This document shows, piece by piece, positions 1 through 8,742 of a DNA stretch of 64,000 nucleotides. The first letter of the stretch is position 1. Every line of letters begins with the position of its first letter. The position numbers and the translations under genes were made by a program. This stretch comes from Planctomycetota bacterium (GTDB lineage Bacteria > Planctomycetota > B15-G4): the NCBI GenBank assembly GCA_965248575.1, contig CBDFJQ010000002.1, positions 4,864,001 through 4,928,000 of the forward strand. Direction: 5' to 3'. The notes under the pieces are model-generated. The model made no database searches. It was not told the DNA's origin and saw nothing but the letters and a program-made list of their open reading frames with translations.

Positions 1-2
1 TG

Positions 3-209
3 GGCCTTTCTGCCGACACCGGCGATCTTGAGCTGATGGCGAGGGTCTTCCGGGCCTCGCCCAGCGAACGCTCCAGGGTGGTGGAGGGCGAACTCTCGCT
101 GGGGGACTGGATGTCGCGGCACCCCGCGGGCGAGCCACCCAGCGCCCATGAGCTGGCTGCCGTTCAGGCCATGCGGGAAGTGATCGACGGAGGTGCCCTT
201 TGCCCCTGA
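3..209 (+). CDS. Hypothetical protein, 3' end only (runs off window start)
   Basis: Open frame GLSADTGDLELMARVF...VIDGGALCP* ending TGA 207-209, which overlaps the ATG at 209 (TGATG coupling). Not in the ORF track. Confidence 0.6.
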   Translation, partial: GLSADTGDLELMARVFRASPSERSRVVEGELSLGDWMSRHPAGEPPSAHELAAVQAMREVIDGGALCP

Positions 210-2836
210 TGGAAGGCCTCTCCAGGGACCGACCCCGACGGGCCGACGGAAGGGGGGTCGTCGCGCTGCTTCTGCTGCTTGGGTCCTGGCTGCCGCTCGA
301 ATCCCTGAATGCGCAGGGCGTTTCGAGCACGCGGAGCGCCTTGCCCGCGACGTCAACGCTCGTGCAGCTGGATCTCGCGCACGACACCGCGCGACAGGTC
401 CTGGTCGACCGCGAGCAGGGTGTGTACCTGGGGCACCCCACCACGGTTCTCCTGGAAGATGGTCGCACCATGCTTTGCGTGTATCCGCGCGGGCACGGCA
501 AGGGGCCGATCCTCATGAAGCGCAGCACGGATGGCGGGCGCACTTGGAGCGAGCGCCTGCCAACGCCCGACAACTGGGCCACGAGCCAGGAGACTCCGAC
601 GATCCACCGGGTCACGGACCCCGAGGGGGTTAAGCGCCTGATCGTGTGGTCGGGGCTGTATCCCGCGCGGCTCAGTGTGTCCGAGGATGACGGCGAGCAT
701 TGGTCGCCCCTCGCGCCCGTGGGCGACTGGGGCGGCATCGTGGTCATGGGCTCCGTCGTGGAAACGGGTGTGGGGGAGTATCGGGCCTACTTCCACGACG
801 ACGGGCGCTTCCTGACCGAGGACGGATCGGCCGGCGCCTTCCATGTCTATGGCGTGCGTTCCGTCGATGGTGGCCTGAACTGGAGTACACCGGAGATCGT
901 GGCGCAGCACCCGACGGCACACCTCTGTGAGCCGGGAGTCGTTCGCTCGCCCGATGGCAAGCGGCTCGCGATGCTGCTGCGTGAGAACTCTCGGCAGTAC
1001 AACAGTTTCATCGTGTTCTCCGAGGACCAAGGCGCGACTTGGAGCGAGCCGCGGGAGCTTCCTGCTTCCCTGACTGGGGATCGTCATGTGGGGCGCTACG
1101 CTCCAGATGGGCGGCTCGTCTTGTCGTTCCGAGACACAGGACGGGAGAGCCCCACGCAAGGGGACTGGGTCGCCTGGGTCGGGCGCTTCGAGGACCTCGA
1201 GCAAGGGCTCGAGGGGGAGTACCGCGTGCGACTGATGGACAACAAGCACCGTTGGGACTGCGCGTATCCGGGAGTCGAGGTCTTGCCGGACGGCACGTTC
1301 GTGGCGACGACCTACGGTCACTGGACCGAGGGGCAGCAACCTTATGTCGTGAGCGTGCGGTTCCAGCTTGAGGAGCTCGATGCCCTGCTGGCTGCCGAGG
1401 CCGACGACGCTGCGGTGGAAGAGCAGGCCCAGCTGAGCAAGCCCAACATCCTGCTGCTTCTCGCCGACGATCAGGGTTGGGCAGACCTGGGCAGCATGGG
1501 GTTGGCCGACGATGTGCACACGCCTGCGCTCGACCGCCTGGCAGAACGGAGCGTGAGTTTCCGGCAGGCGTACGCGACGTCTCCCATCTGCAATCCCGCG
1601 CGGGCTGGGATCATGACCGGCTCCTACACCCAGCGCTTTGGCACGCGCTGGTACGGCGGCCGTGGCTTGCACGATGAGCGCTTCCAGACCGTGGCCGAAC
1701 TCCTGACGTCAGCGGGTTATGCCACGGGCTACGTGGGCAAGTTCCACTATGGGGCCTACGACCAGCATGTTCCTGGCAACCGCAACTTCCCTTTGGAACA
1801 CGGCTTCGAGTCCTTCTATGGCAGCGGGTTCGGACGGACCCACTACCTGCTGCACAACACAGCTGCCGAGCAGGCATTCCAGGCCTCCAAGAAACTTCAC
1901 CAGCGCACAGGTCAGAGTTTGCGCATGGGGCCGCTGTGGGAGGGCGACTCCCAGGTGGACCAGGTGGGTTTCAGCACGGAGCTGTTCGGCGAGCGGGCGC
2001 GAGCTTACTTGGATGAGCACGTGGCCCAAGCTGGTGGCCAGCCGTTCTTCCTGATGCTGTCGTTCAACGCAGTCCACAACTTCACGCACCAGCTTCCGGA
2101 GGCCTACCTCGCAGAGAAGGGCCTGGAAGCTGGCCACGATTGGGACCCCGCACAAGAGGAGTACATCGACTGGTACCGACGGGGCCGGGCTCCCAACAAC
2201 CCCGAAGGCCGCGCCCATTACCTCGGGCAACTTCACTACCTCGACTTGGAGGTCGGTCGGGTGCTGGAGCACCTGGACGACCTGGGCCTGACGGACGAGA
2301 CGCTCGTGCTGTACCTGGGAGACAACGGCGGGTCGCGACCCATCTATGCCGACAACGGTCCCCTCCGGGGAGGCAAGTACACGCTCTACGAAGGGGGTGT
2401 GCGTGTGCCGTTCATGATGTCGTGGCCTGGGCAATGGCCCGCCGGTGTGGTCAAGGACGACATGATCAGCGCCATGGATCTGCTACCGACCCTCTGCTCG
2501 GTCGCCCAGATCGCCGTGCCTGCCCATGTGGACGGATTGGACCTTGGCCCGCTGCTCGCGGGTGCGCCCGACGCGCCTCGACACGACATCTTGTTCTGGG
2601 ATACGGGCCATGAGTCGGCCGTGCGGCGCGGCAACTGGAAGCTGCATGTCGCGCTGCGGGACGACCATGCCCGCTACGAGATGACGGAGCTTGAACTCGG
2701 CACGCACCTGTACGACCTTGCAGCCGATCCGGGTGAACAGAATGACCTGTCAGCCGAGCACCCCGAGTTGGTGAGGGAGCTGCAAGCCGCGTGGGATACG
2801 TGGCACGACGCGGTTCAGGGCGAAGGGGCGCGTTAG
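209..2836 (+). CDS. Secreted BNR/Asp-box (sialidase-like) beta-propeller fused to a Cys-type formylglycine sulfatase
   Basis: Signal-like hydrophobic stretch; four Asp-boxes (STDGGRTW, SEDDGEHW, SVDGGLNW, SEDQGATW); then KPNILLLLADDQG, CNPAR, GKFH, GDNG, LYEGGVRVP and LYDLAADPGE sulfatase motifs. Confidence 0.9.
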   Translation: MEGLSRDRPRRADGRGVVALLLLLGSWLPLESLNAQGVSSTRSALPATSTLVQLDLAHDTARQVLVDREQGVYLGHPTTVLLEDGRTMLCVYPRGHGKGPILMKRSTDGGRTWSERLPTPDNWATSQETPTIHRVTDPEGVKRLIVWSGLYPARLSVSEDDGEHWSPLAPVGDWGGIVVMGSVVETGVGEYRAYFHDDGRFLTEDGSAGAFHVYGVRSVDGGLNWSTPEIVAQHPTAHLCEPGVVRSPDGKRLAMLLRENSRQYNSFIVFSEDQGATWSEPRELPASLTGDRHVGRYAPDGRLVLSFRDTGRESPTQGDWVAWVGRFEDLEQGLEGEYRVRLMDNKHRWDCAYPGVEVLPDGTFVATTYGHWTEGQQPYVVSVRFQLEELDALLAAEADDAAVEEQAQLSKPNILLLLADDQGWADLGSMGLADDVHTPALDRLAERSVSFRQAYATSPICNPARAGIMTGSYTQRFGTRWYGGRGLHDERFQTVAELLTSAGYATGYVGKFHYGAYDQHVPGNRNFPLEHGFESFYGSGFGRTHYLLHNTAAEQAFQASKKLHQRTGQSLRMGPLWEGDSQVDQVGFSTELFGERARAYLDEHVAQAGGQPFFLMLSFNAVHNFTHQLPEAYLAEKGLEAGHDWDPAQEEYIDWYRRGRAPNNPEGRAHYLGQLHYLDLEVGRVLEHLDDLGLTDETLVLYLGDNGGSRPIYADNGPLRGGKYTLYEGGVRVPFMMSWPGQWPAGVVKDDMISAMDLLPTLCSVAQIAVPAHVDGLDLGPLLAGAPDAPRHDILFWDTGHESAVRRGNWKLHVALRDDHARYEMTELELGTHLYDLAADPGEQNDLSAEHPELVRELQAAWDTWHDAVQGEGAR

Positions 2837-2875
2837 GATCAGCTGCTCCCCCGCAAGCACAGGAACGCGGTTTGC

Positions 2876-3448
2876 CTAGCCGTCGATAGGCAGGCGGCGA
2901 AGGACCGACTGGACACCGCTCTGGATGCGCTGTTGCCGGATCTTCTTGGGTTGAGTGGGGTCCGCGATGAGCTGCACGGCCCCTCGCCACAGTGCTTGAG
3001 GGGAGCCCGGTCGGCGAAGCTCCACGATGAGTGTGCCCTTGCCGTAGCGGGTGTTTGCGCCGGCCAAGCCGGGGTTCAAACCGAAGGTGCTGGCGATGGA
3101 AGCATCGCTCAGTTCACGATCCGTGGTGACGAGGAAGCCGAGCTCAGCGCCCACGGCGCCTGACCCTCCGAGTCGCCAGCCCCGCTCGTCCATGCCACGG
3201 ATCAGAGCCTGCTTGAGCTCCTGCTCGATCCAGCGGGCGTCCTCCTGCATCGAGGTCAGCAACGCCTTGGATCCGGGCATCCAGGCCCAGCGGCCCTTGG
3301 GGCCCAAGGGAGCGCCCGGTCCACGGGTGCTCACCACGGAAGCCGTGCGTAACTCGGGCGGCAGGTCATTGAGGTTCGTGGCGGAACAACCCACGACGCT
3401 CAGGAGCATCAGGCTGGCGAGGACGATGGTCCGTGTTGGGCTGATCAC
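2876..3448 (-). CDS. DUF4136-like lipoprotein
   Basis: Lipobox-like SVVGC; C-terminal GTLIVELR...LWRGAV typical of DUF4136. GTG start at 3448 chosen from an upstream GGAGAG. Confidence 0.7.
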   Translation of the reverse strand: MISPTRTIVLASLMLLSVVGCSATNLNDLPPELRTASVVSTRGPGAPLGPKGRWAWMPGSKALLTSMQEDARWIEQELKQALIRGMDERGWRLGGSGAVGAELGFLVTTDRELSDASIASTFGLNPGLAGANTRYGKGTLIVELRRPGSPQALWRGAVQLIADPTQPKKIRQQRIQSGVQSVLRRLPIDG

Positions 3449-3565
3449 TTGGACAACTCTCCGGCCGGGGCAAGCCGTCGAGTGAAGTGACGGCAGATCC
3501 ACGGGAGTATCCACGAACGGAAGCCCGGGTTGTAGCCGGGAGGACCTCGTCTTTCAGCTGCAGGC

Positions 3566-4432
3566 CTAGCGGCCAAGGCTCTTGAGGATGTCCCGGGCGT
3601 TCTGGTTCTGGGGTTCGAGCGCCAAGGACTTCTCGTAGTACTTCTTCGCCAGTTCCTTGTCGCCCTTCTTCAGGTGACCCTCGGCCAAGCTGTCCCAGAC
3701 GTTTCCGGAGTCGGGGAAGTGCTCGGTGTTCAGGAGGAAGGCCTTGATGGCGGCTTCCGTCTCGCCGTTCCCGAGCAGTTGGTAGCCCAGGGAATTCAGG
3801 CTTGCTTCGTCCCCGAAGTCATAGGCTCCGCGCCCGAAGTACTCGGTCCGTAGCTGAGCGTAGTGGTCGACCGCTGCCGCACCGCCGTCCGAGCTGTAGG
3901 TCTCAAGCAGCTCCTCGTCCAAGGTCATGGGGCGTGGGCGGCCGCGATGACAGGTGTGACACCACATGTTGACCGGCAGGGAACCGCTGGGTTCGAGCTT
4001 GCGCAGGTGGTCACCGACGGTGCCGAGCATGCGCAGCATCTCGCGTGCCCGATCCTTGTTCGGGTTCGCATCCGAGGCAAAGTCGTAGGTGTTCAGGGGC
4101 GCCTCTTCTTCGCCCACGTGGCAGTACGAGCAGCGCACGCCAAGCGCCCGGGTGAATCCGGTCATGGGCGCCATGAGTCGGGCGCCGGGCCATTCCTTTG
4201 GCAGCACTTGGAGGTTCTCGGCTTTCTCGGGCCACGTCCAATGGGCCTCTTGGGTTGAGGGTTCCGGTGCGGCAGGTTGGGGCATGACGGTCGCCGGTGC
4301 CGCGGCGATTGCCGTTGATGCGACCGCTTGAACGGGCGCTCTCGATGCGGGCGGCGACTCTCCCCAGGGGAGGGTGGGGATCAGCACCGCGAGGGCGACC
4401 AAGTGACCAAAACCGAAGCTCTTGCGTGACAT
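3566..4432 (-). CDS. Diheme c-type cytochrome (photosynthetic reaction-centre cytochrome c-like fold) with C-terminal TPR
   Basis: ENLQVL...M..FTRALGVRCSYCH...DFASD...K..AREMLRM...CHTCHRG; TPR motifs (LNSLGYQLL, NVWDSLAEGH); GGAGG before ATG 4432. Confidence 0.85.
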   Translation of the reverse strand: MSRKSFGFGHLVALAVLIPTLPWGESPPASRAPVQAVASTAIAAAPATVMPQPAAPEPSTQEAHWTWPEKAENLQVLPKEWPGARLMAPMTGFTRALGVRCSYCHVGEEEAPLNTYDFASDANPNKDRAREMLRMLGTVGDHLRKLEPSGSLPVNMWCHTCHRGRPRPMTLDEELLETYSSDGGAAAVDHYAQLRTEYFGRGAYDFGDEASLNSLGYQLLGNGETEAAIKAFLLNTEHFPDSGNVWDSLAEGHLKKGDKELAKKYYEKSLALEPQNQNARDILKSLGR

Positions 4433-4694
4433 GGCACCTCCAAGTGGATCGGGAGCCAGTAGCGCCCGGTGTCGAAAACCCTTCACAGAAAGACGGATCC
4501 CTGGAGCCTAGGAACGCAGGGCAGGGCAGGGTCGGATGGCAAAACCCATGGCGTATGGACGTCGTCCCCAGGGGGAGGGCGCCTAGGCATGGCCGGGCTC
4601 GGCGGATACGGTCGGGGCGTTCGCTGTCGTGCTTTGGGCTGGGACATGTGCCGCCGGAGCGAACCGGGATCTTCGTCCTCCAGGGAACGCTGCC

Positions 4695-6467
4695 ATGCTT
4701 GTTACGCCAAGGAACTTCATCAGCTCGTGGGCAGTCGTGGGCATCCTGATCGGGCTTGTTGCCGGGCCGTTGCAGGCTGCCGACCCGGCTGCCAAGGAAC
4801 TCAAGCAGGCGGGACGGGCCGTGGACAAGCTCGTGCGCCAGGAGAGCGCGTCGCAGCTCAAGGACCTGAAGAGCGAGCTCAAGACACTGCTCGCCGAAGT
4901 GGCGTCTTCGACGAAGACGCCCACCGACGCATTGGGTGATGCGGTCCTTGCCACCGCGGAGGCGGCGGCTGCCGTGTCGACAGCGGCCTTCGATGGCGTG
5001 GTGAGTGTGCGCGACGATGCCGTCGATGCAGCGCTCGGCGGGAGCGAGGGTGCAGTCTTGCTCGGCAGGGACTTCCAGGCGGGAGGCCACGGCACCTGGG
5101 ATGACATCCTGAGCCGCCTGCACGCCAGCATGGGACGGCTGGACGCGAAGCTCAGCAAGGCGCTCTGGAAGTTCGTGATTCGACTCGAGAAAGCCTCGTC
5201 GAAGCTCGGCAACGAAACGGATGTCCATCTGCAGATCCAGGAGCACGACCGGCGCATCGATGCCGTGCAGTGTCCCGCATCCCTGGCGGCAAACCCTGGC
5301 CTGGAGGCGAGTGCCGATGTACCGATTCTCCAAGTCCACATTGAAGCGCGCATCATCAACATCGATGACACCTTCACGAGCCAGATCGGCATCCGAGGTT
5401 TCGGAAACGCGATGGCGAACTTGGAGTACGTCACCTCCATGGGCACGACGCCCGTGGTCGATATTCCGATGCTGCCTTCCGGGGTCGCCCTGAACACTCA
5501 AATGATGGGGAACCGCTCCATCGGGCCCTACCGCGTCGACGTCGTGGACCCTGTCAGCGGCGAGCGCATGGACAGCGCCGGTGGGCGCCCGCCGTCAACG
5601 ACCAGTGCCAGCGGCGGCGACGTGAAGCCCATCGTCAAGCAAGCCGTGAAGTCCATGCGCTTGGACTCCAAGTTCTACGGTCAGGTCACGGGAGACGTCC
5701 TGAAGAGCTACCGCAAGGCCGATTCTCAGACGTGCAAGGACCATGCGAAGGGCGACCTGGGAACCGAGGACGCGCTCGATCAACTGTTCAGCAATCATCG
5801 GGACGCGCTCGCCAACACCAGTTTCTGGCAGGGCATCGTGTTGAGCAATCCCGTCCTGTTCGCACAGAGCGAATTGAGTGACTTGGAGGTCGCTGACGAG
5901 GACATCCCCGACGACCTGGCTGCGGACGCCGGGGGAGCGTTCACCAAGCACAATGAGAAGGTGAACCGTCGCACCGCGCAGCGCGGTCGGTCCTTTATGA
6001 AGCTCGGCATGAAGTCCATCTACCGGATCGTCAAGAAGGCGACCAAGGATGGGGAGAATGTCGCCGTGAACGCGATCTTCGGGCGGGGCCGCACGAATCA
6101 GGGGCCAACCGTCAGCACCTTCGACTCGGCCGTCGTGCAGCTGAACGTCACGCCCCACATCACCGCAGCCGGCACGATCACCCTGGAAATCTCTCCCGGA
6201 GTCATCGAATCGACGGCCATCATCATCGGACAGACTCCCACCAGCGACCTCGGTTTCGACCTGACCCAGGTGAATCTCGCGGATGGGCAGACCACGGTGA
6301 TCGATGGTCTTATGTCCTCGGTCAGCGACGGAACCTTCAAGGAGAAGATTCCCTTCTTCAGCAATCTCCCGTTGGTCGGGAGGCTCTTCAAGTCGGGGCC
6401 CAACGAAGACGCTGACACCGACCTGTTGGTGCTCGTGACTGCGATGATCCTGCCGGGCAACAACTAG
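4695..6467 (+). CDS. Secreted protein with secretin-like (T2SS/T4P outer-membrane pore) motifs in an atypical architecture
   Basis: Signal peptide (...GPLQA); QVHIEARII; LNVTPHI...ITLEISP; TQVNLADGQTTVIDGL; KIPFFSNLPLVGRLFKS; DLLVLVT. Confidence 0.7.
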   Translation: MLVTPRNFISSWAVVGILIGLVAGPLQAADPAAKELKQAGRAVDKLVRQESASQLKDLKSELKTLLAEVASSTKTPTDALGDAVLATAEAAAAVSTAAFDGVVSVRDDAVDAALGGSEGAVLLGRDFQAGGHGTWDDILSRLHASMGRLDAKLSKALWKFVIRLEKASSKLGNETDVHLQIQEHDRRIDAVQCPASLAANPGLEASADVPILQVHIEARIINIDDTFTSQIGIRGFGNAMANLEYVTSMGTTPVVDIPMLPSGVALNTQMMGNRSIGPYRVDVVDPVSGERMDSAGGRPPSTTSASGGDVKPIVKQAVKSMRLDSKFYGQVTGDVLKSYRKADSQTCKDHAKGDLGTEDALDQLFSNHRDALANTSFWQGIVLSNPVLFAQSELSDLEVADEDIPDDLAADAGGAFTKHNEKVNRRTAQRGRSFMKLGMKSIYRIVKKATKDGENVAVNAIFGRGRTNQGPTVSTFDSAVVQLNVTPHITAAGTITLEISPGVIESTAIIIGQTPTSDLGFDLTQVNLADGQTTVIDGLMSSVSDGTFKEKIPFFSNLPLVGRLFKSGPNEDADTDLLVLVTAMILPGNN

Positions 6468-6498
6468 GGGCCGCTCGACGCGCTGGGGAGCGTCGCGA

Positions 6499-6789
6499 CT
6501 ACATGGCGGCGAGGGTCAGCCCAAAGCTGAGCAGGTAGAGCCAGAGCACCACGCCTGCCACCGTGTTCTGGTCGCGCTGCAGCTTCTGGACGTCAGCGGG
6601 GAAGCGACCCAGCTTGAGGGCCCACATCAACTTGGCGCCCGGTCGTTCGATGAGCAGCTGGATGGCCTTGTCCTTGTCGAGCGTGGCGAAGAACGACTGG
6701 CACCAGCGGGTGAAGGACTTCATGAGCTCTCGTGGGTGGACGACCGGAGATTCGCTGAGGGCGTGGGAGTCCGTTGTGGGTGGGGACAT
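6499..6789 (-). CDS. Small hypothetical protein with C-terminal transmembrane helix
   Basis: Protein-like composition from MSPPTTD onward; hydrophobic C-terminus VAGVVLWLYLLSFGLTLAAM. Confidence 0.55.
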   Translation of the reverse strand: MSPPTTDSHALSESPVVHPRELMKSFTRWCQSFFATLDKDKAIQLLIERPGAKLMWALKLGRFPADVQKLQRDQNTVAGVVLWLYLLSFGLTLAAM

Positions 6790-7039
6790 GGCGGTGTCTC
6801 GCGTGGAAGTCGAAGGACCATCCGTTTCGGAGGCATCCGAAGGTTCCGGATGATCCCCTGCGACGATGGGGCCGTTGTTGGGATCGGGATCCCGCGTCTT
6901 GCAGCGGGTCCTGTAGCGGGCCGCGAGTCGGCAGGACGCCACCGCGTTCCGCCAGGCCTGATAGGCTCGGGGGCGGAATCGGAGACGGGTTGGGCAGCGG
7001 TCAAGTGGCCGGCTCTCAGCCCCCTTTTGGGAGAGAGTC

Positions 7040-8071
7040 ATGGCTAGGACCAAGGTGTCGTTCGCCTCGTGCAACCTGCTCAACCTGAATCGCCCCGGGT
7101 TGAGGATCTATCGGGACAGCGATGGCTGGAGTGACGAGCAGTACGAGCGCAAGATCGCGTGGCTGTCCGAGCGCGTGGGGAGCCTGGGTGCGGACGTCTG
7201 GGGCTTCCAGGAACTCTGGCATGAGCAGAGCTTGGTGGAGGTCTTCGAGGCAGCAGGGCTCGGGGACAGCCACCGCATGCTCGTACCGGAGGGTCATGCG
7301 GGGGGCAAGATCGTCTGCGCCGGTGCCGTGCTCGAGGAGATCCTGGTGGGGGAGCCCGAGTGGATCGTGGACTTCCCGGAGAAGTTCAGGCTCGAGAGCC
7401 AGGGTGATGACCCCCAGACGCCGAAGATCAGCGTGGCCGTCGCGTCCTTCTCACGACCCGTGCTGCACTTCCGGGTGCAGCCGAGGGATGAAAGCAGCCC
7501 CATCTCGGTCTACGTGGCCCACTTCAAGTCCAAGCGTCCTACGGACATCTACCGTGAGGGCTGGTACCGCGATGACGACGAGTACTACAAGCGGCACAAG
7601 GAGGGGTTCGGGTCGGCACTGTCCACCATCCGACGCACGGCTGAAGCAGCGGCCTTACGCCAGATCATCAGCGATCGCTTCGTGGGCAACGATGACCCGG
7701 TCGTAGTCCTGGGCGATCTGAACGACAACGCCCACAGCAACACTTTGAACATCCTGACCGGGCAGCCCAACTACCTGCGCTCCCCGTGGAGCAAGGGCGG
7801 TAGCGACACGGACCTCTACTCAGTTGGCGCCCTGCAGTCTCTGAGAAGCCTGCGCGACGTGTACTACACACACGTGTTCCAGAACGTGCGCGAGACGCTG
7901 GACCACATCCTCGTCTCGCAGGAGTTCTATGACCAATCGAAGAAGCGGGTCTGGGGCTTTCGCGGGGCGGAGATCGCGAACGATCACCTGAACCGTGAAG
8001 ACCACAAGCAGAGTGGCACGACCGACCACGGCATCGTCTGGGCCGAGTTCGAGTACCGCCCTGCAAGCTGA
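7040..8071 (+). CDS. Endonuclease/exonuclease/phosphatase (EEP) family protein
   Basis: ASCNLLNL, ADVWGFQE, HFKSK, VVLGDLND, LDHILVS and TDHG motifs. Confidence 0.9.
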   Translation: MARTKVSFASCNLLNLNRPGLRIYRDSDGWSDEQYERKIAWLSERVGSLGADVWGFQELWHEQSLVEVFEAAGLGDSHRMLVPEGHAGGKIVCAGAVLEEILVGEPEWIVDFPEKFRLESQGDDPQTPKISVAVASFSRPVLHFRVQPRDESSPISVYVAHFKSKRPTDIYREGWYRDDDEYYKRHKEGFGSALSTIRRTAEAAALRQIISDRFVGNDDPVVVLGDLNDNAHSNTLNILTGQPNYLRSPWSKGGSDTDLYSVGALQSLRSLRDVYYTHVFQNVRETLDHILVSQEFYDQSKKRVWGFRGAEIANDHLNREDHKQSGTTDHGIVWAEFEYRPAS

Positions 8072-8126
8072 GGTTCGTCCCCCAACGCCCTGCATCCTGC
8101 AGTGCGCTGTGCGGGAGTTCTGACCG

Positions 8127-8579
8127 TCAGCTCGAGGACGTGGTCTGCAACGGGCTCACTTCGCTTGAAATGGTGCTGTTCACCCCGTCGAAGCCGTTGT
8201 GGTTGAACACGACGGTGTAGGCGCCGTAGCCAGCAGAGGCACCAGCGCGGGTCAGGGTGACTTCCCAGCCCGTCTGCAGGGTGGATTCCGTACTGGGCAC
8301 CGCCACCGCTCCGACTGTGAAGTACTCGAGGCTGCCGAGCTCCACATCCAGGGCGCCGAGGCTGCTTGCGTACTCGCCCTGCCTGGCGTGATGGCGCTCC
8401 TGGCCTGCATGCACCGTAGCCATGTAGTTGAAGGCCTCAGCGGCCTTCGAACGTTCGACGGAGCTCAGGAAACGCGGCACCGCAAAGGCAGCGAGCACCC
8501 CAATGATCACGACGACGACTGCGAGTTCGACGAGCGTGAAACCGGCCGTCGTCTTGGAGTGGGGGCGCGAGAAACGCAT
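8127..8579 (-). CDS. Type IV pilin-like protein (prepilin cleavage/methylation motif)
   Basis: AG|FTLVELAVVVVIIGVLAAFAVPRF class III signal peptide; 150 aa. Confidence 0.9.
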   Translation of the reverse strand: MRFSRPHSKTTAGFTLVELAVVVVIIGVLAAFAVPRFLSSVERSKAAEAFNYMATVHAGQERHHARQGEYASSLGALDVELGSLEYFTVGAVAVPSTESTLQTGWEVTLTRAGASAGYGAYTVVFNHNGFDGVNSTISSEVSPLQTTSSS

Positions 8580-8742
8580 GGAACTGCCTCTGAGAAGGGT
8601 GGTCACCCCAGCCTTTCGACCCACGGCCGGGCGCTCGGTGAGGCCGAATCCCTTCTCACTGGTGAGAATCACCGTCGTCGATAGGACAGCGCAGCGCCCG
8701 CTCGATGCGATTCGAAGAGCGTTGGGGGGCTGAGGGCCCGAG

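Noticed and set aside
3566..4432. Evidence of phototrophy from the PufC-like cytochrome
   Set aside because: Only two hemes, a TPR fusion, and no puf/bch genes in the window.
4695..8579. A T2SS or type IV pilus locus (secretin-like gene plus pilin)
   Set aside because: The genes are on opposite strands and separated by unrelated genes, with no ATPase, platform protein or prepilin peptidase.
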